NCBI GenBank assembly: GCA_963804995.1
Contig: CAWDSK010000003.1
Location: 1,504,001-1,568,000, forward strand
Source of the DNA: an uncultured Acidobacteriota bacterium
GTDB lineage: Bacteria; Acidobacteriota; Terriglobia; UBA7540
DNA: 64,000 bases
Reading direction: 5' to 3'
This document shows positions 18,865-29,386 of the stretch, in pieces. Numbering within the stretch: position 1 is the first letter of the stretch; the number at the start of each line of letters is the position of its first letter. Under the pieces are notes generated by a model. The model searched no databases. It saw nothing but the letters and a program-made list of their open reading frames with translations, and was not told the origin of the DNA. The position numbers were made by a program, and so were the translations under genes.

Positions 18865-18900
18865 GTGGCGCGAAGCGATGCTCCGGAGTCAAGAACCCTC

Positions 18901-18909
18901 TGCTATAAT
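18901..18909 (+). promoter_or_regulatory. Extended -10 element upstream of argS
   Basis: TGCTATAAT about 100 nt before the probable TTG start. Confidence 0.5.
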
Positions 18910-19011
18910 CTGTCGTTTATCGCAGCGCAAGCGCTTCTGACTGTAGGGGCGCCATTCGTGACGGCTTGGCGGTGCGGCATCGAGCCGCCGTCGCAACGGG
19001 GGAGCAGCTTC

Positions 19012-20998
19012 TTGTTACCGGAGATCCAACAAAAGATTCGCTCGAAATTTGTAGAGGCTGTGCGCGAGGTCTTCCATGTGGAAGTAGCCTCTCCCGCGCT
19101 CGTTACTCCGCCCAATCTGGAGATGGGTGACATCTCGCTCGCCGCTTGTTTTGAGCTGGCGAAGCAGTTGCGGCAGGCGCCTCGCAAGATCGCAGAGCAA
19201 CTCATGGCGCCCCTCTCCGCCGTCGAAGGCATCGAGCGCGTGACCGTGGCCGGGGCCGGCTATCTGAATTTCCATCTCCAGCGCGCCCAGGCCGCGGCGC
19301 GCCTTTTCGACCGGCGCAGTTCCCCGCCCACCGCGCAGACCAGCGCGCACGGGAAAATCCTGGTCGAACACACCAGTATCAATCCCAACAAGGCAGCGCA
19401 CATCGGCCACCTGCGCAACGCTGTTTTGGGGGATACGTTTGTTCGCCTGCTGCGCTTTCAGTCCGACCTCGTGGAAGTCGAAAACTACATTGACAACACC
19501 GGCGTGCAGGTTGCAGACGTCGTCGTAGGATTCCTGCATTTGCAGAAGAAGACTTTGGCGGAAGTTGAGGCGTTGACCCACGACGCTTCGGTTCGCTTCG
19601 ACTATTACTGCTGGGACCTCTACGCGCGAGTTTTCCAGTGGTACGAAGAAGATAAGGCGGCGCTCGCCCTGCGCTCACAAGCCCTGAAAGATATCGAGGA
19701 AGGCCACGGTGAGCCCGCCGCCATGGCCGAGGTGATCTCCACCGCCATCGTGCGCGCCCACCTCAAGACGATGCTGCGAATCAACATCCAATACGACGTA
19801 TTGGTTCAGGAAAGTGAGATTCTTAAACTCAACTTCTGGAAATCCGCGTTCGAGTTGCTGAAGAAGAATGGCGCGGTGCGCTTTGAGGAGAATGGCAAGA
19901 ACGCCGGTTGCTGGGTCATGGATCTGGCAGAAACTTCCGCAGAAAGCGAACCGGCGGATGGCGATGATATCAAGATTATAGTACGTTCGAACGGCACCGT
20001 GACCTATGTTGGCAAGGACATCGCCTACCACCTTTGGAAATTCGCCTTGCTCGACAAGGATTTTGGATACGCGGCCTTCCACCGTTATCCGGACGGCCAC
20101 GGCGTTTGGCGGACCACCGTCGCAGGCGAAGCTGACGCGCCGCCCTTCGGCCACGCGAGCGCAGCCTACGCCGTCATCGATACGCGCCAGTCCTACCTTC
20201 AGAACATCGTCAAAGCCGCATTCCACGCCCTGGGTTACCACGAGCGCGCCCGTAACCTCCACCATTTCGCATACGAGGTGGTCGGACTCACGCCCGTTTG
20301 CGCGGAGGAAATGGGAATTACGCTCAACCCGGATGACCGCGAACGCTCTTACGTGGAGGTTTCCGGACGCAAGGGGCAGGGCGTCAAGGCGGACGACCTG
20401 ATCGACACCCTCATCGCGCGCGCCTCAGAAGAAGTGGGCTCACGCGGCATGACCCAGGATCCTGTTCGAGCAACAGGACTACGCGCGCAAAATCGCTGTG
20501 GCGGCGCTGCGCTACTTCCTCCTGAAGTTCACGCGCCGCGTCATCATCGCCTTCGACTTCAAGGAGGCGCTGGCCTTCGAAGGTGAGACCGGACCTTACC
20601 TGCAATATAGCGTGGTGCGGGCGCGAAATATCTTTCGTAAATTCCAGGAGTCGCACCCGGAGTTCCAAGCCGCGGACCTGCCACGCACCTTCACTTCCGA
20701 ACAGTCACAGGGATTTTTCCGGGGAACGGATGGCTTGGCGTTTTGGGAGCTAACGTTGCTCGCCGGCCAGTTGGAGATAGTCGTAGACCAGGCCATCACC
20801 TCTGAAGAGCCTGCGGTGGTGGCGAAGTACGCCTTCCGCCTCGCCCAGGCCTTCAACAATTTCTATCATCACTTCCACATCCTGAGCGAAACGGATCCCG
20901 CCCGCCAGCAATTCCTGCTTTACCTTGTCTACCTCACGGAACGCACGCTCAGCCTGACCGTCGAACAAATGGGCATGGGAATTCCCGAACGCATGTAG
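19012..20998 (+). CDS. argS: Arginine--tRNA ligase with +1 frameshift near 20465-20467 (probably a sequencing error)
   Basis: GYLNF, VEHTSINPNKAAHIGHLRN, VSGRKG. The second frame continues EQQDYARKIAVAALRY...FEGETGPYLQY...PERM. Confidence 0.95.
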
Positions 20999-21109
20999 GT
21001 ACGCAGCTCCACGACCCGCGTATCAACTCGGCCTCACGACTTCCCCAATTGGGATTTGTTACCAGGCCATGGACTCGAAATCCGCGAGGGCTATACCGGT
21101 CGGGTATTT

Positions 21110-21529
21110 TCACCTGTGGGGCAGGTGAAGTTGGATGGGGAGGACCTTTGCATAATTCTTGAAATCCGGATCCAAAGTAAAAATTGACCACCGGCGGGAA
21201 AGCGCGACTGCACATATCAAGATGTCGACCGTAGAAACCACAATTCCCTTTGACCGGCACTCATTGCCGGCTCTTGCGGCCGTTTCGTAATCTGAGGTGG
21301 CGATCGGTTGATCCGGAAAGGCTCGGAGCTTTAGCCGAAGCTTTTCGTATTGCTCCGGGGTTTTAATCCCGGACAACAATTCCTGGCGCACCGGGCCGAT
21401 CATGCGACCGCGGCCTTCTTGGATCACTTCCGTCAATTCAGCAACCATCGACCGCTCAACCGCACTCAAGTCCTGCGGCTTACGGCGCAGCGCAAGTGAC
21501 CACACTGAAGTATCAATCAGTGTATTCAC
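21110..21529 (-). CDS. vapC: PIN-domain toxin VapC
   Basis: LIDTSVWS, QELLSG, VDILI, FTLDPDF; overlaps the antitoxin stop codon. Confidence 0.9.
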   Translation of the reverse strand: MNTLIDTSVWSLALRRKPQDLSAVERSMVAELTEVIQEGRGRMIGPVRQELLSGIKTPEQYEKLRLKLRAFPDQPIATSDYETAARAGNECRSKGIVVSTVDILICAVALSRRWSIFTLDPDFKNYAKVLPIQLHLPHR

Positions 21530-21732
21530 GCTAGTTTCCTCGAGCGCTCGCGCTTGTAATCATAGGCCCGATCATACTCAATCGTTCCAAACAGGGATAA
21601 GACACCTTGCTGCTTCCGGCGCTGAATATACTCATCAAGCGCTGCGTTCACGGTATCCTTCTTGGTGCGGTGATGGCCCAATTTTCGGGCCTCTTCAATC
21701 AGGCGGTCGTCGATGGCAAGGTTCGTCGGCAT
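21526..21732 (-). CDS. vapB: VapB antitoxin (DUF2191-like)
   Basis: MPTNLAIDDRLIEEA...TKKDTVNAALDEY...YDYKRER; immediately upstream of the PIN gene. Confidence 0.88.
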   Translation of the reverse strand: MPTNLAIDDRLIEEARKLGHHRTKKDTVNAALDEYIQRRKQQGVLSLFGTIEYDRAYDYKRERSRKLA

Positions 21733-21840
21733 AGGATAATCCCTCAATGATTCTACACATAGGAGTGTGTGATATCAAGCGCATCTTTATGTGTGGATAG
21801 TTGACAGTCCTGGGAAGAATCCTAGTGAACAATATCGCGG

Positions 21841-23325
21841 TTACGACCCAAGATCCGTCAAGAGCTGTACGAGCGTGCGCACGCCGTGACCTGTCGGGCC
21901 CTTGGCGCGATAAGGTTTTTCCTCACCCGCCCAGCGTGTGCCGGCGATGTCGAGATGCACCCAGGGCGTATCACCGGCGAATTCCCCGATGAACATGGCG
22001 CCCGTGATGGCTCCTCCCCAACGTCCGCCGGTGTTGGCAAGGTCGGCGATCGTGCTCTTGTACAGGTCGCGATACTCATCGTCCACGGGCAGTGGCCACA
22101 TCTTTTCTCCGGCGGCGTTGGCAGCGGCCAGCACGCGATCCACCCACTCCTTATTCCATCCGAAAACGCCGGTCGTGATGTTGCCGAGCGCCACCATCAC
22201 GGCCCCCGTCAGCGTGGCCGCGTCAATCAGCACCGTGCAACCCAACTGCTTTGCAAAGGTCAGCGCGTCGGCCAGCACCAAGCGGCCTTCCGCATCGGTA
22301 TTCAGGATCTCAATGGTCTTTCCGGACATCGAAGTGATGACGTCACCGGGCTTATAGGCTTTCCCGCTGGGCATATTATCAGTGGCGGGGACAAGCGCAA
22401 TCACTCGCACCTTGGGCTTAAGCTGTGCGATGGCTTGCATGACGCCCAGCATGGTGGCGCCGCCCGCCATATCCGTTTTCATCTCGTGCATATTCTCCGC
22501 AGGCTTGATGGAGATGCCGCCGGTGTCAAACGTAATTCCCTTCCCGATCAGGCCCACTACGGGTTGTTCCGGCGCGCCTTCGGGCGTATAGCGGATCACA
22601 ATCATCCGGGCAGGCTCGTCACTGCCTTGGGCGACGGCCCAGAAAGCGCCCATCTTCAGCCCTTGTATCTCGGCAGGTCCAAGCACCTGGCATTCCAAGC
22701 CGCAGCGTGACGCCATAGCCTCAGCGCGCACCGCCAGCATAGTGGGCGTCATCAGATTCGACGGCTCATTGACGAGATCGCGCGTGAAGTTCTGGGCCTC
22801 AGCAATGATGCGGCCCTGCTCCAGCGCGTCTACCGCCCCGGCGGGGAGAACTTCGCCGCCTGTCGCCAGTTCGAAGCGATCAATTCTTTTCTCAGAATTG
22901 CGCTCCGTCCGGTAACGGTCCGCGTCGTAGTCCGCCAACACCGCGGCCTCGGCAATCGACTTGACCGCAGACGGTTCACCCTTGCCTACTACCCAGGCCA
23001 GGTCCCGCACGCCACGCGTCCGGAGGGTTCTGACCGCCGTCCCCACCAGATTGCGAAGCTGTGCATCGTTAAACTTCTCGCTCTTGCCGGCCCCCACGAC
23101 GACGAGTTTGGACGCCGCCAATCCCACCGGCAGGTGAATCAATGTGCATTCAAAAGCCTTCCCGGTAAGTTCTCCTGCCGCCTGCAACGCTTCGAGGAAC
23201 CCCCGCGTTTCCACCGGCAATTGCTCCACGGTGCCGCTCAACTGCGGAGTGCCCTCGAAGGCAAAAACCACCAGCGCCGAAGTGACAAGCTGCGACAACG
23301 CCTCAGGTTGAAATTCGATCTTCAC
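21841..23325 (-). CDS. pepA: Leucyl aminopeptidase (M17)
   Basis: GKGITFDTGG, MKTDMAG, NTDAEGRL, WVHLDIAG. Confidence 0.96.
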   Translation of the reverse strand: MKIEFQPEALSQLVTSALVVFAFEGTPQLSGTVEQLPVETRGFLEALQAAGELTGKAFECTLIHLPVGLAASKLVVVGAGKSEKFNDAQLRNLVGTAVRTLRTRGVRDLAWVVGKGEPSAVKSIAEAAVLADYDADRYRTERNSEKRIDRFELATGGEVLPAGAVDALEQGRIIAEAQNFTRDLVNEPSNLMTPTMLAVRAEAMASRCGLECQVLGPAEIQGLKMGAFWAVAQGSDEPARMIVIRYTPEGAPEQPVVGLIGKGITFDTGGISIKPAENMHEMKTDMAGGATMLGVMQAIAQLKPKVRVIALVPATDNMPSGKAYKPGDVITSMSGKTIEILNTDAEGRLVLADALTFAKQLGCTVLIDAATLTGAVMVALGNITTGVFGWNKEWVDRVLAAANAAGEKMWPLPVDDEYRDLYKSTIADLANTGGRWGGAITGAMFIGEFAGDTPWVHLDIAGTRWAGEEKPYRAKGPTGHGVRTLVQLLTDLGS

Positions 23326-23371
23326 GGGTCATGGCTCCTTATTGGGATTGAGAGATACTTGCCAGCGCCGC

Positions 23372-23863
23372 TTAAGAGTGGCGCCGGCGGTGTTCCTGGA
23401 TGTCCTGCTGGGTTTCTCGTTCAATCGTGCGGCGCCGCGATGTCTCGCGATGGTCGTAAACCTTCTTGCCTTTCGCCAAGGCAATCTCACACTTGACCAT
23501 GTTCTTCTTCAGGTAGACCCGGGTCGGGACCACCGTGAGCCCTTTTTCCTGGGTGCGGGTCGCCAGCTTATCAAGCTCCTGCCGATGCAGCAGCAGGCGC
23601 CGGTCACGAAGCGGATCGTGATTGAGATAGCTTGCCGCCGTGTACGGGCTGATATGACAGTCAATCAACCAAGCCTGGCCCTTCTGAAAGTCAACGTAAC
23701 TGTCTTTGAGATTGATCTTCCCATCGCGAACCGACTTGACTTCTGTACCCGTCAATTCCATCCCCGCTTCGAATTTCTCCAGGAGATGATATAGGTGCTG
23801 CGCTTGCCGGTTGACGGCAAAGTGCTTCGGAGCGGGTTTGGACGGTGTGGACACAAAGCGCAC
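23372..23863 (-). CDS. smpB: SsrA-binding protein
   Basis: EAGMELTGTEVKSVR, HDPLRDRRLLLH, LAKGKK; the start may be the GTG at 23854. Confidence 0.96.
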   Translation of the reverse strand: MRFVSTPSKPAPKHFAVNRQAQHLYHLLEKFEAGMELTGTEVKSVRDGKINLKDSYVDFQKGQAWLIDCHISPYTAASYLNHDPLRDRRLLLHRQELDKLATRTQEKGLTVVPTRVYLKKNMVKCEIALAKGKKVYDHRETSRRRTIERETQQDIQEHRRRHS

Positions 23864-24049
23864 CTGACTGCGTAAACCAGCCTGTAATAACAGGCCATCT
23901 TAGCATAGGCCGGCGAAGACAGGGCGGCGCGTCTCGAAAAATGGCGGGAGGCAACTCCTGGGCACAGGCAGCAATCACAGTTGATGCCTCCGCCCCTTGC
24001 AGGTTCGCTTGGGCAGGCGCAGACGTTGTGGAAGGATCTTGGGTAACTG

Positions 24050-27000
24050 ATGGACGGAACTGGAGTTCTTCTATCGACTGACTCAGAAGCTGGCGCGCTG
24101 GTCTTGCGTGGACCCAACCGGCCGGATTTACTTCGCGAGGAATGTCTCGCTGACATCCTGATGGCATCCGCGCGGCGTCGCCCCCATCACCCGGCGCTGG
24201 TCTGGCGCAAGCGAGTTGTCACTTACGTGGAGTTGGACGCGTCGAGCCAGGCAGTGGCAGGAGCGCTAGTCAACCGTGGGGCGGCCGCCGGCCAGATTTT
24301 GGGATTGTTCATGCCGCGCGGTGCGGATTTGCTGATCGCGCAAGCCGGCATCACTCGGAGCGGTGCAGCCTGGCTGCCCTTTGATGCTGAGGCGCCGCTG
24401 GCCAGAGTCAAGATATGTCTTGAATCCGCCCAAGCGTGCGGCATGGTAACTTGCCGCGCCTGGTTGCCGCGTCTGGCGGAATTATCCGTGCCCGTCTGGG
24501 CCATAGAAGACCTGCTGGCCGAGGGTGATTCCACCCTGCCCTGCGTGGGGGCGAAGCCTTCTGACCCCGCTTACGTGATTTACACTTCCGGATCGACGGG
24601 ACAGCCCAAAGGCATTGTCATCAGCCACCAGAGCATCTGCCATTTCCTCCGCAGCGAGAATGAACTCCTGGGAGTGGATGAAAACGACCTGGTCTATCAA
24701 GGATTTTCGCTAGCCTTCGACATGTCGTTCGAGGAAATCTGGATTGCCTACCTGGCCGGCGCAACTCTGTGGATTGCTCCCGCCTCGCTGGTGGGTGATC
24801 CCGATTTGCTGGCCGAGACCTTCAGGCGGGAGTGCATCACCGTGGTGCACGCCGTGCCCACGATGATGAGTTTGATCCTCGACCCGCTGCCCACGGTGCG
24901 GCTGATCAATCTGGGAGGTGAAGCCTGTCCCGATGCGCTGGCTGAACGATTGACGCGGCCGGGGCGGCGAGTGTTTAACACATACGGGCCGACGGAGACC
25001 ACCGTGTCCGCCACCCTGGTGGAGTTACAACCAGGCGAGCGTGTGACCATCGGCATGCCGCTCCCGAATTACGGCCTAATGGTCGTGGATGAACAGCGCC
25101 AACCCCTCCCGCCCGGAGAGATTGGGGAGTTAGGCATCATAGGGCCGGGCCTCGCCCTTGGCTACCTAGACCAGCCCGAGTTAACGGCCGAACGGTTTAT
25201 CCCCAATCCCCTCGCCACGGGTCCTGACGATGCGCGATTGTTCCTGACGGGCGATCTGGTGCGCATGGAACGCGGCGGTCCGGTCCATTGGTTGGGACGG
25301 GCGGACAATCAAGTAAAGATTCGTGGATACCGTGTCGAGTTGGATGAAATTGCCGCCGCTCTCGCCGCGCAGCCTGGCGTGGCCGCAGCGGCCGTAGTCT
25401 TACGCCCCTTGGCGGGCACGGACCAACTGGTGGGATTTATCGTCCCCGCCTCGGATTTCAAACCAGACCGGGCTGCACTGCGGCAGGCATTGGCTCCCCG
25501 TCTTCCCGCCTACATGGTACCGGCGCACCTGGAGGTCTTGGCTGAACTGCCCCGCCTGCCCTCCGGCAAGCCGGACTTGCACGCCCTCCGCGCTATGCCC
25601 CTTAACGGTAACGAACCCAGCGGACACGAGCGGGCGAAGCCACGCAACGAAGAAGAAGTGGCGTTGTACGCTGCACTGGCCAAGCTTTTTGCCCATCCTC
25701 TGCTCCACCCGGACGCGGATTTCTTTGATGACCTGGGCGGACACTCCTTGCTGGCGGCGCGGTTGGTATCGATCCTTCGCACGGATACGCGCTACGCAAC
25801 CCTGAGTGTGCAAGATGTCTATCGCGAACGTCAGTTAGGCAAGATCGCTGCGGCCATGGAGCGACAACGCCGGCGCGCCCCCCAAGCCCTCGGGCCGGAG
25901 CGTACCGAAGTCCCCTGGCAGCGGCGCCTGGTATGCGGGATGGCGCAGTCCGTGGTAATTCCTTTCTTCGTTTTATTTCACATGGCCGACTGGCTGGGTC
26001 CGTTCTTTGTCTATCACTATTTCACGGGCAGTGAAGGCGACAGTATTCCGCTCGCAGTGTTGTACTCACTTTCCACCTTCCTGCTGGCGCGACTCCTGAC
26101 CTTCGGGATAGCCATCACCGGCAAATGGCTGGTGGCAGAACATTTGCCTGCCGGCCGATATCCATTGTGGGGGGTTACGTATTTTCGCTGGTGGCTGGCG
26201 AACAAGTTCTGCGAATTGCCAGATGTCTATTTGCTCGCCGCCAGTCCCTGGATGCCCTTGTACCTGCGCGCTCTGGGCGCGCGCATTGGACCGAACGTGA
26301 TGATTGATGCCATCACTCTGGGCGCGCCGGAACTGCTGACCGTTGAAGAGGGGGTCAGCATCGGCACTTTTGTGAACATCGAGAACGCCCGTGTTGAGGG
26401 CGGCATGCTGATCATTGGCCCGGTACATCTCGGCCGGGATTCAGTAGTCGATTCGTATGCCGTGCTTGAGAACGACACGAAACTCGGAGAGCGGGCGCGC
26501 CTGGGCGGGCAATCGGCACTGACCGCGGGGCGACGGATTCCCGATGATGAAACCTGGGAGGGTGCTCCGGCACGACCGGTCGATCGTCCCAAGGAAGTAT
26601 TGCCCCCGCGCCCACAGGTTGGAGTCATGAAACGGTGGGGGATGGCAGGCGTCTTTGCGGTAACAGCGATCGTGGTATCGGTGTTGTTCTTCCTCCCCAC
26701 CTTCCCAGCCTTCATGTTGATTGACTGGATGGACGCTCACACTTGGGATGTTTTCGAATCGAACCTCAGCCCGCTCACCGCTTTCGGAATATTTTTCATG
26801 ATGTCAATTCCCGCCAGCGCCTTATTTGTGTCCGCGACCATGCTCATAACCGCGGGCCTGCGCTGGCTCTTGCCGCGTCAAGTCCCCGGACTTTCCTCCG
26901 TGCAGAGTGTGGCCTTTTGGCGCAAGAAGCTCATGACCATGGTTCAGGACAGCAGCCTCAGTGCTCTGCATGGACTCTACGCCTCGGTCTATGCGCCCCT

Positions 27001-28054
27001 GTGGCTGCGCTTCCTGGGCGCCAAGGTCGGGCGGCACGCGGAAATCTCCACCGCTGAGGGTATCGTGCCCGAACTGCTCGTCCTGGGTGACGACAGTTTT
27101 ATTGCGGATGGCGCGATGTTGGGCGACGAGGAGCAGTACGGGGGCTGGATGGTTTTGAAACCCACGAAAGTCGGCCATCGTTCTTTTGTCGGCAATGGCG
27201 CTTATGTTCCTGACGGCACCACTCTGCCCGACGACGTCCTGATCGGTGTGCAAACCCGCACGCCCTCCAACGATCAGCTCAAATCCGGCCAGACCTGGAT
27301 GGGCTCACCGCCCATGCTCCTGCCCGCGCGCGAGCGTCTGACCGGTTTCGACGCCTCACTTACCTTCCGGCCCTCCCTCCTCCGCCGCTGGGGGCGCGGA
27401 CTCGTGGAGGGTTTGCGTATTGTGCTGCCGCTGGCGTTCGTGATTGCCAGCGGTTATCTAATCATCATCTTGGTGATGCCCCTGGCCGAGGACAAGGGGT
27501 GGGGGATCAAAGTGGCGATTGCACTCTCCATTGCCGGCTACCTGTTCGGGTTCGGATCTTTCCTGCTGGTGGTGGCGCTCAAATGGATTCTCATCGGGCG
27601 TTACCGCCCGCGCGCGGCCCCCATGTGGACACCCTTCGTCTGGATCAGCGAAGCGGTTACCAATCTATATGAATCTCTCGCCGTCCCGAATTTCCTGAAC
27701 CTCCTGCGCGGCACTCCCCTGCTGCCCTGGGCGCTACGCCTGCTCGGGGTGCGGATTGGCAAAGGCGTCTACATGAATACCACGGACTTTACCGAATTCG
27801 ATTGCGTGCGGATCGGTGACGAAGCGGAACTTAACGCTTGGTCCGGACCCCAAACGCACCTGTTTGAAGACCGCATCATGAAAATCGGGATGGTTGAGAT
27901 TGGCGCCCAGGTGACAGTGGGCGCACGCGGCATCATCCTGTACGACACCCAGGTAGGTGACCGAGTGCGTCTGGGCCCGATGACCTTGGTGGCTAAGGGA
28001 GAACGCCTGCCCGCCGATACCCGCTGGGAAGGTTCACCCGCCGTGCCGGCTTGA
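24050..28054 (+). CDS. Pls/PosA-family single-module membrane NRPS-like poly-amino-acid synthetase (A-T plus three TM/hexapeptide-repeat terminal domains)
   Basis: A domain YTSGSTGQPKG, YGPTE, TGDL, VKIRGYRVE; T domain DFFDDLGGHSLL; three LRxLGxxIG repeat units between TM pairs; QTHLFEDR and WEGSPA; no C or TE domain. Confidence 0.92.
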   Translation: MDGTGVLLSTDSEAGALVLRGPNRPDLLREECLADILMASARRRPHHPALVWRKRVVTYVELDASSQAVAGALVNRGAAAGQILGLFMPRGADLLIAQAGITRSGAAWLPFDAEAPLARVKICLESAQACGMVTCRAWLPRLAELSVPVWAIEDLLAEGDSTLPCVGAKPSDPAYVIYTSGSTGQPKGIVISHQSICHFLRSENELLGVDENDLVYQGFSLAFDMSFEEIWIAYLAGATLWIAPASLVGDPDLLAETFRRECITVVHAVPTMMSLILDPLPTVRLINLGGEACPDALAERLTRPGRRVFNTYGPTETTVSATLVELQPGERVTIGMPLPNYGLMVVDEQRQPLPPGEIGELGIIGPGLALGYLDQPELTAERFIPNPLATGPDDARLFLTGDLVRMERGGPVHWLGRADNQVKIRGYRVELDEIAAALAAQPGVAAAAVVLRPLAGTDQLVGFIVPASDFKPDRAALRQALAPRLPAYMVPAHLEVLAELPRLPSGKPDLHALRAMPLNGNEPSGHERAKPRNEEEVALYAALAKLFAHPLLHPDADFFDDLGGHSLLAARLVSILRTDTRYATLSVQDVYRERQLGKIAAAMERQRRRAPQALGPERTEVPWQRRLVCGMAQSVVIPFFVLFHMADWLGPFFVYHYFTGSEGDSIPLAVLYSLSTFLLARLLTFGIAITGKWLVAEHLPAGRYPLWGVTYFRWWLANKFCELPDVYLLAASPWMPLYLRALGARIGPNVMIDAITLGAPELLTVEEGVSIGTFVNIENARVEGGMLIIGPVHLGRDSVVDSYAVLENDTKLGERARLGGQSALTAGRRIPDDETWEGAPARPVDRPKEVLPPRPQVGVMKRWGMAGVFAVTAIVVSVLFFLPTFPAFMLIDWMDAHTWDVFESNLSPLTAFGIFFMMSIPASALFVSATMLITAGLRWLLPRQVPGLSSVQSVAFWRKKLMTMVQDSSLSALHGLYASVYAPLWLRFLGAKVGRHAEISTAEGIVPELLVLGDDSFIADGAMLGDEEQYGGWMVLKPTKVGHRSFVGNGAYVPDGTTLPDDVLIGVQTRTPSNDQLKSGQTWMGSPPMLLPARERLTGFDASLTFRPSLLRRWGRGLVEGLRIVLPLAFVIASGYLIIILVMPLAEDKGWGIKVAIALSIAGYLFGFGSFLLVVALKWILIGRYRPRAAPMWTPFVWISEAVTNLYESLAVPNFLNLLRGTPLLPWALRLLGVRIGKGVYMNTTDFTEFDCVRIGDEAELNAWSGPQTHLFEDRIMKIGMVEIGAQVTVGARGIILYDTQVGDRVRLGPMTLVAKGERLPADTRWEGSPAVPA

Positions 28055-28066
28055 GGAGGAGCAAGG

Positions 28067-28654
28067 ATGCCCATCGCCGTTACCACCCGGATCTCGAATT
28101 GGCCGCAGACACCTTTGTTGCCGTCACCCGGCCAAGCGGTGCTGGTCCGCGTGAAGACAGCGCCCTCGCGAACGATCGCACGGCAGGAACTGCGAACCGT
28201 CCTGCGCGAAGTGCTGGCGAAGTGGAGCGATCTCGCCCCTGACCAACTGCCTCTCGAAGAGTCACGGCGGGGGCCGGTTTGGCTCGGCCAACTCGCCGGG
28301 CAGACTCTGGACATCAGCCTGGCTTACCACGAGCAAGAAGGTTGGATCGGCCTGTTGCGGGGTGGGTGGATTGGTGTCGACGTCATGCGGGCCGAACTCG
28401 TAGCCGAAGCGAACGACGTAGCACGCCACTACCTGGGTCCTGCGGCCATGGCATCCCTGCAACAATCAACTGACCCCACGCTCGCCTTCGCTGTGGCTTG
28501 GACGGAACTGGAAGCGCAGCTCAAATGCCTGCGACTTGAATTAGTTGAACGGCCTGCCGGGCAAACGCTTGCGGCAACCCCGTGCACCCTCGATAGCATC
28601 TTCCTTCCTGAGCGTTTGGTGGTGACTGTGGCAACCCATTCTCCTTTGGCGTGA
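28067..28654 (+). CDS. 4'-phosphopantetheinyl transferase (Sfp-like)
   Basis: DISLAY, IGVDV, WTELEAQLKC; GAGGAG RBS; starts 12 nt after the NRPS stop. Confidence 0.85.
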   Translation: MPIAVTTRISNWPQTPLLPSPGQAVLVRVKTAPSRTIARQELRTVLREVLAKWSDLAPDQLPLEESRRGPVWLGQLAGQTLDISLAYHEQEGWIGLLRGGWIGVDVMRAELVAEANDVARHYLGPAAMASLQQSTDPTLAFAVAWTELEAQLKCLRLELVERPAGQTLAATPCTLDSIFLPERLVVTVATHSPLA

Positions 28655-28942
28655 TGGTGAACAGCGCGGCGGGGTCATTCATGAAAATTCGGAGGGTAAA
28701 AACAGGCGGATTTGGTGGGACAAGGGTCGCGTAGCCCCTCGGAGAGCTACAAGTGGGACAGTCCCACATTGATGACAAAAAGTGGCGGGCCTTCAAAAGT
28801 AGGGCAGGAAAGCACCCGAGGCGGAGCGCAACCTCCTTGCCCCGCGTTGAGCCGAGCGTGCAGATTTTCCGCCTCCGGCTGTCACGCAACGTCTTGTCAG
28901 AACGTGGCAGGCAGTGCAGGGGTCCCGGCCAGCCGGCCCTTC

Positions 28943-29386
28943 TCACTTTCCAAGCGTCACGGTGAAACTCGGATGGCAATCGGCGGCGGGATCGCTAGTT
29001 ACCGACTTAGTCGCGTCGCCGCTGCGGATGGTGAATTCCAGGGGAGGCTTCTTCAGCTTTTCGGGCAGACCTTCCATCCGCGCCCTACCGTCGCTGTTGG
29101 TGCCGACTTCCAGGTCGGTGTCCCTCTTGCTCATGAAACCGTACTTGACCTTGAGGTGGACCTTGGCGTCATAAACCGGCTTATTGGATGCGTCGACGAC
29201 GGTGAACTCAGCGGTACATGGTCCCATGCCGCCATTAATGGTTGGCACGTCGACCGGGTTCCCAGCCACGGACCGGGCACCCGCTGCGCTGAGGAAGAGG
29301 GTGGCCAGCATCCAGAAGGCAATCCTGGCGACGCGGGATCTGGAAGGCCTGACGTCCGGTGCGCTCACGGCAAGGTTCATAGTCAT
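28943..29386 (-). CDS. Secreted carboxypeptidase-regulatory-like domain protein
   Basis: Hydrophobic leader, FTVVDASNKPVYDAKV, TNSDGRA, two Cys. Confidence 0.65.
   Translation of the reverse strand: MTMNLAVSAPDVRPSRSRVARIAFWMLATLFLSAAGARSVAGNPVDVPTINGGMGPCTAEFTVVDASNKPVYDAKVHLKVKYGFMSKRDTDLEVGTNSDGRARMEGLPEKLKKPPLEFTIRSGDATKSVTSDPAADCHPSFTVTLGK

Noticed and set aside
19012..20998. argS (and ggt, M14, M48) as pseudogenes or programmed frameshifts
   Set aside because: Both halves are intact with a single extra base, there is no slippery heptamer, and argS is normally essential; sequencing error is more likely
23864..24049. tmRNA (ssrA) or an att site next to smpB
   Set aside because: The gap is only about 185 bp, with no tRNA-like ends, tag reading frame or integrase
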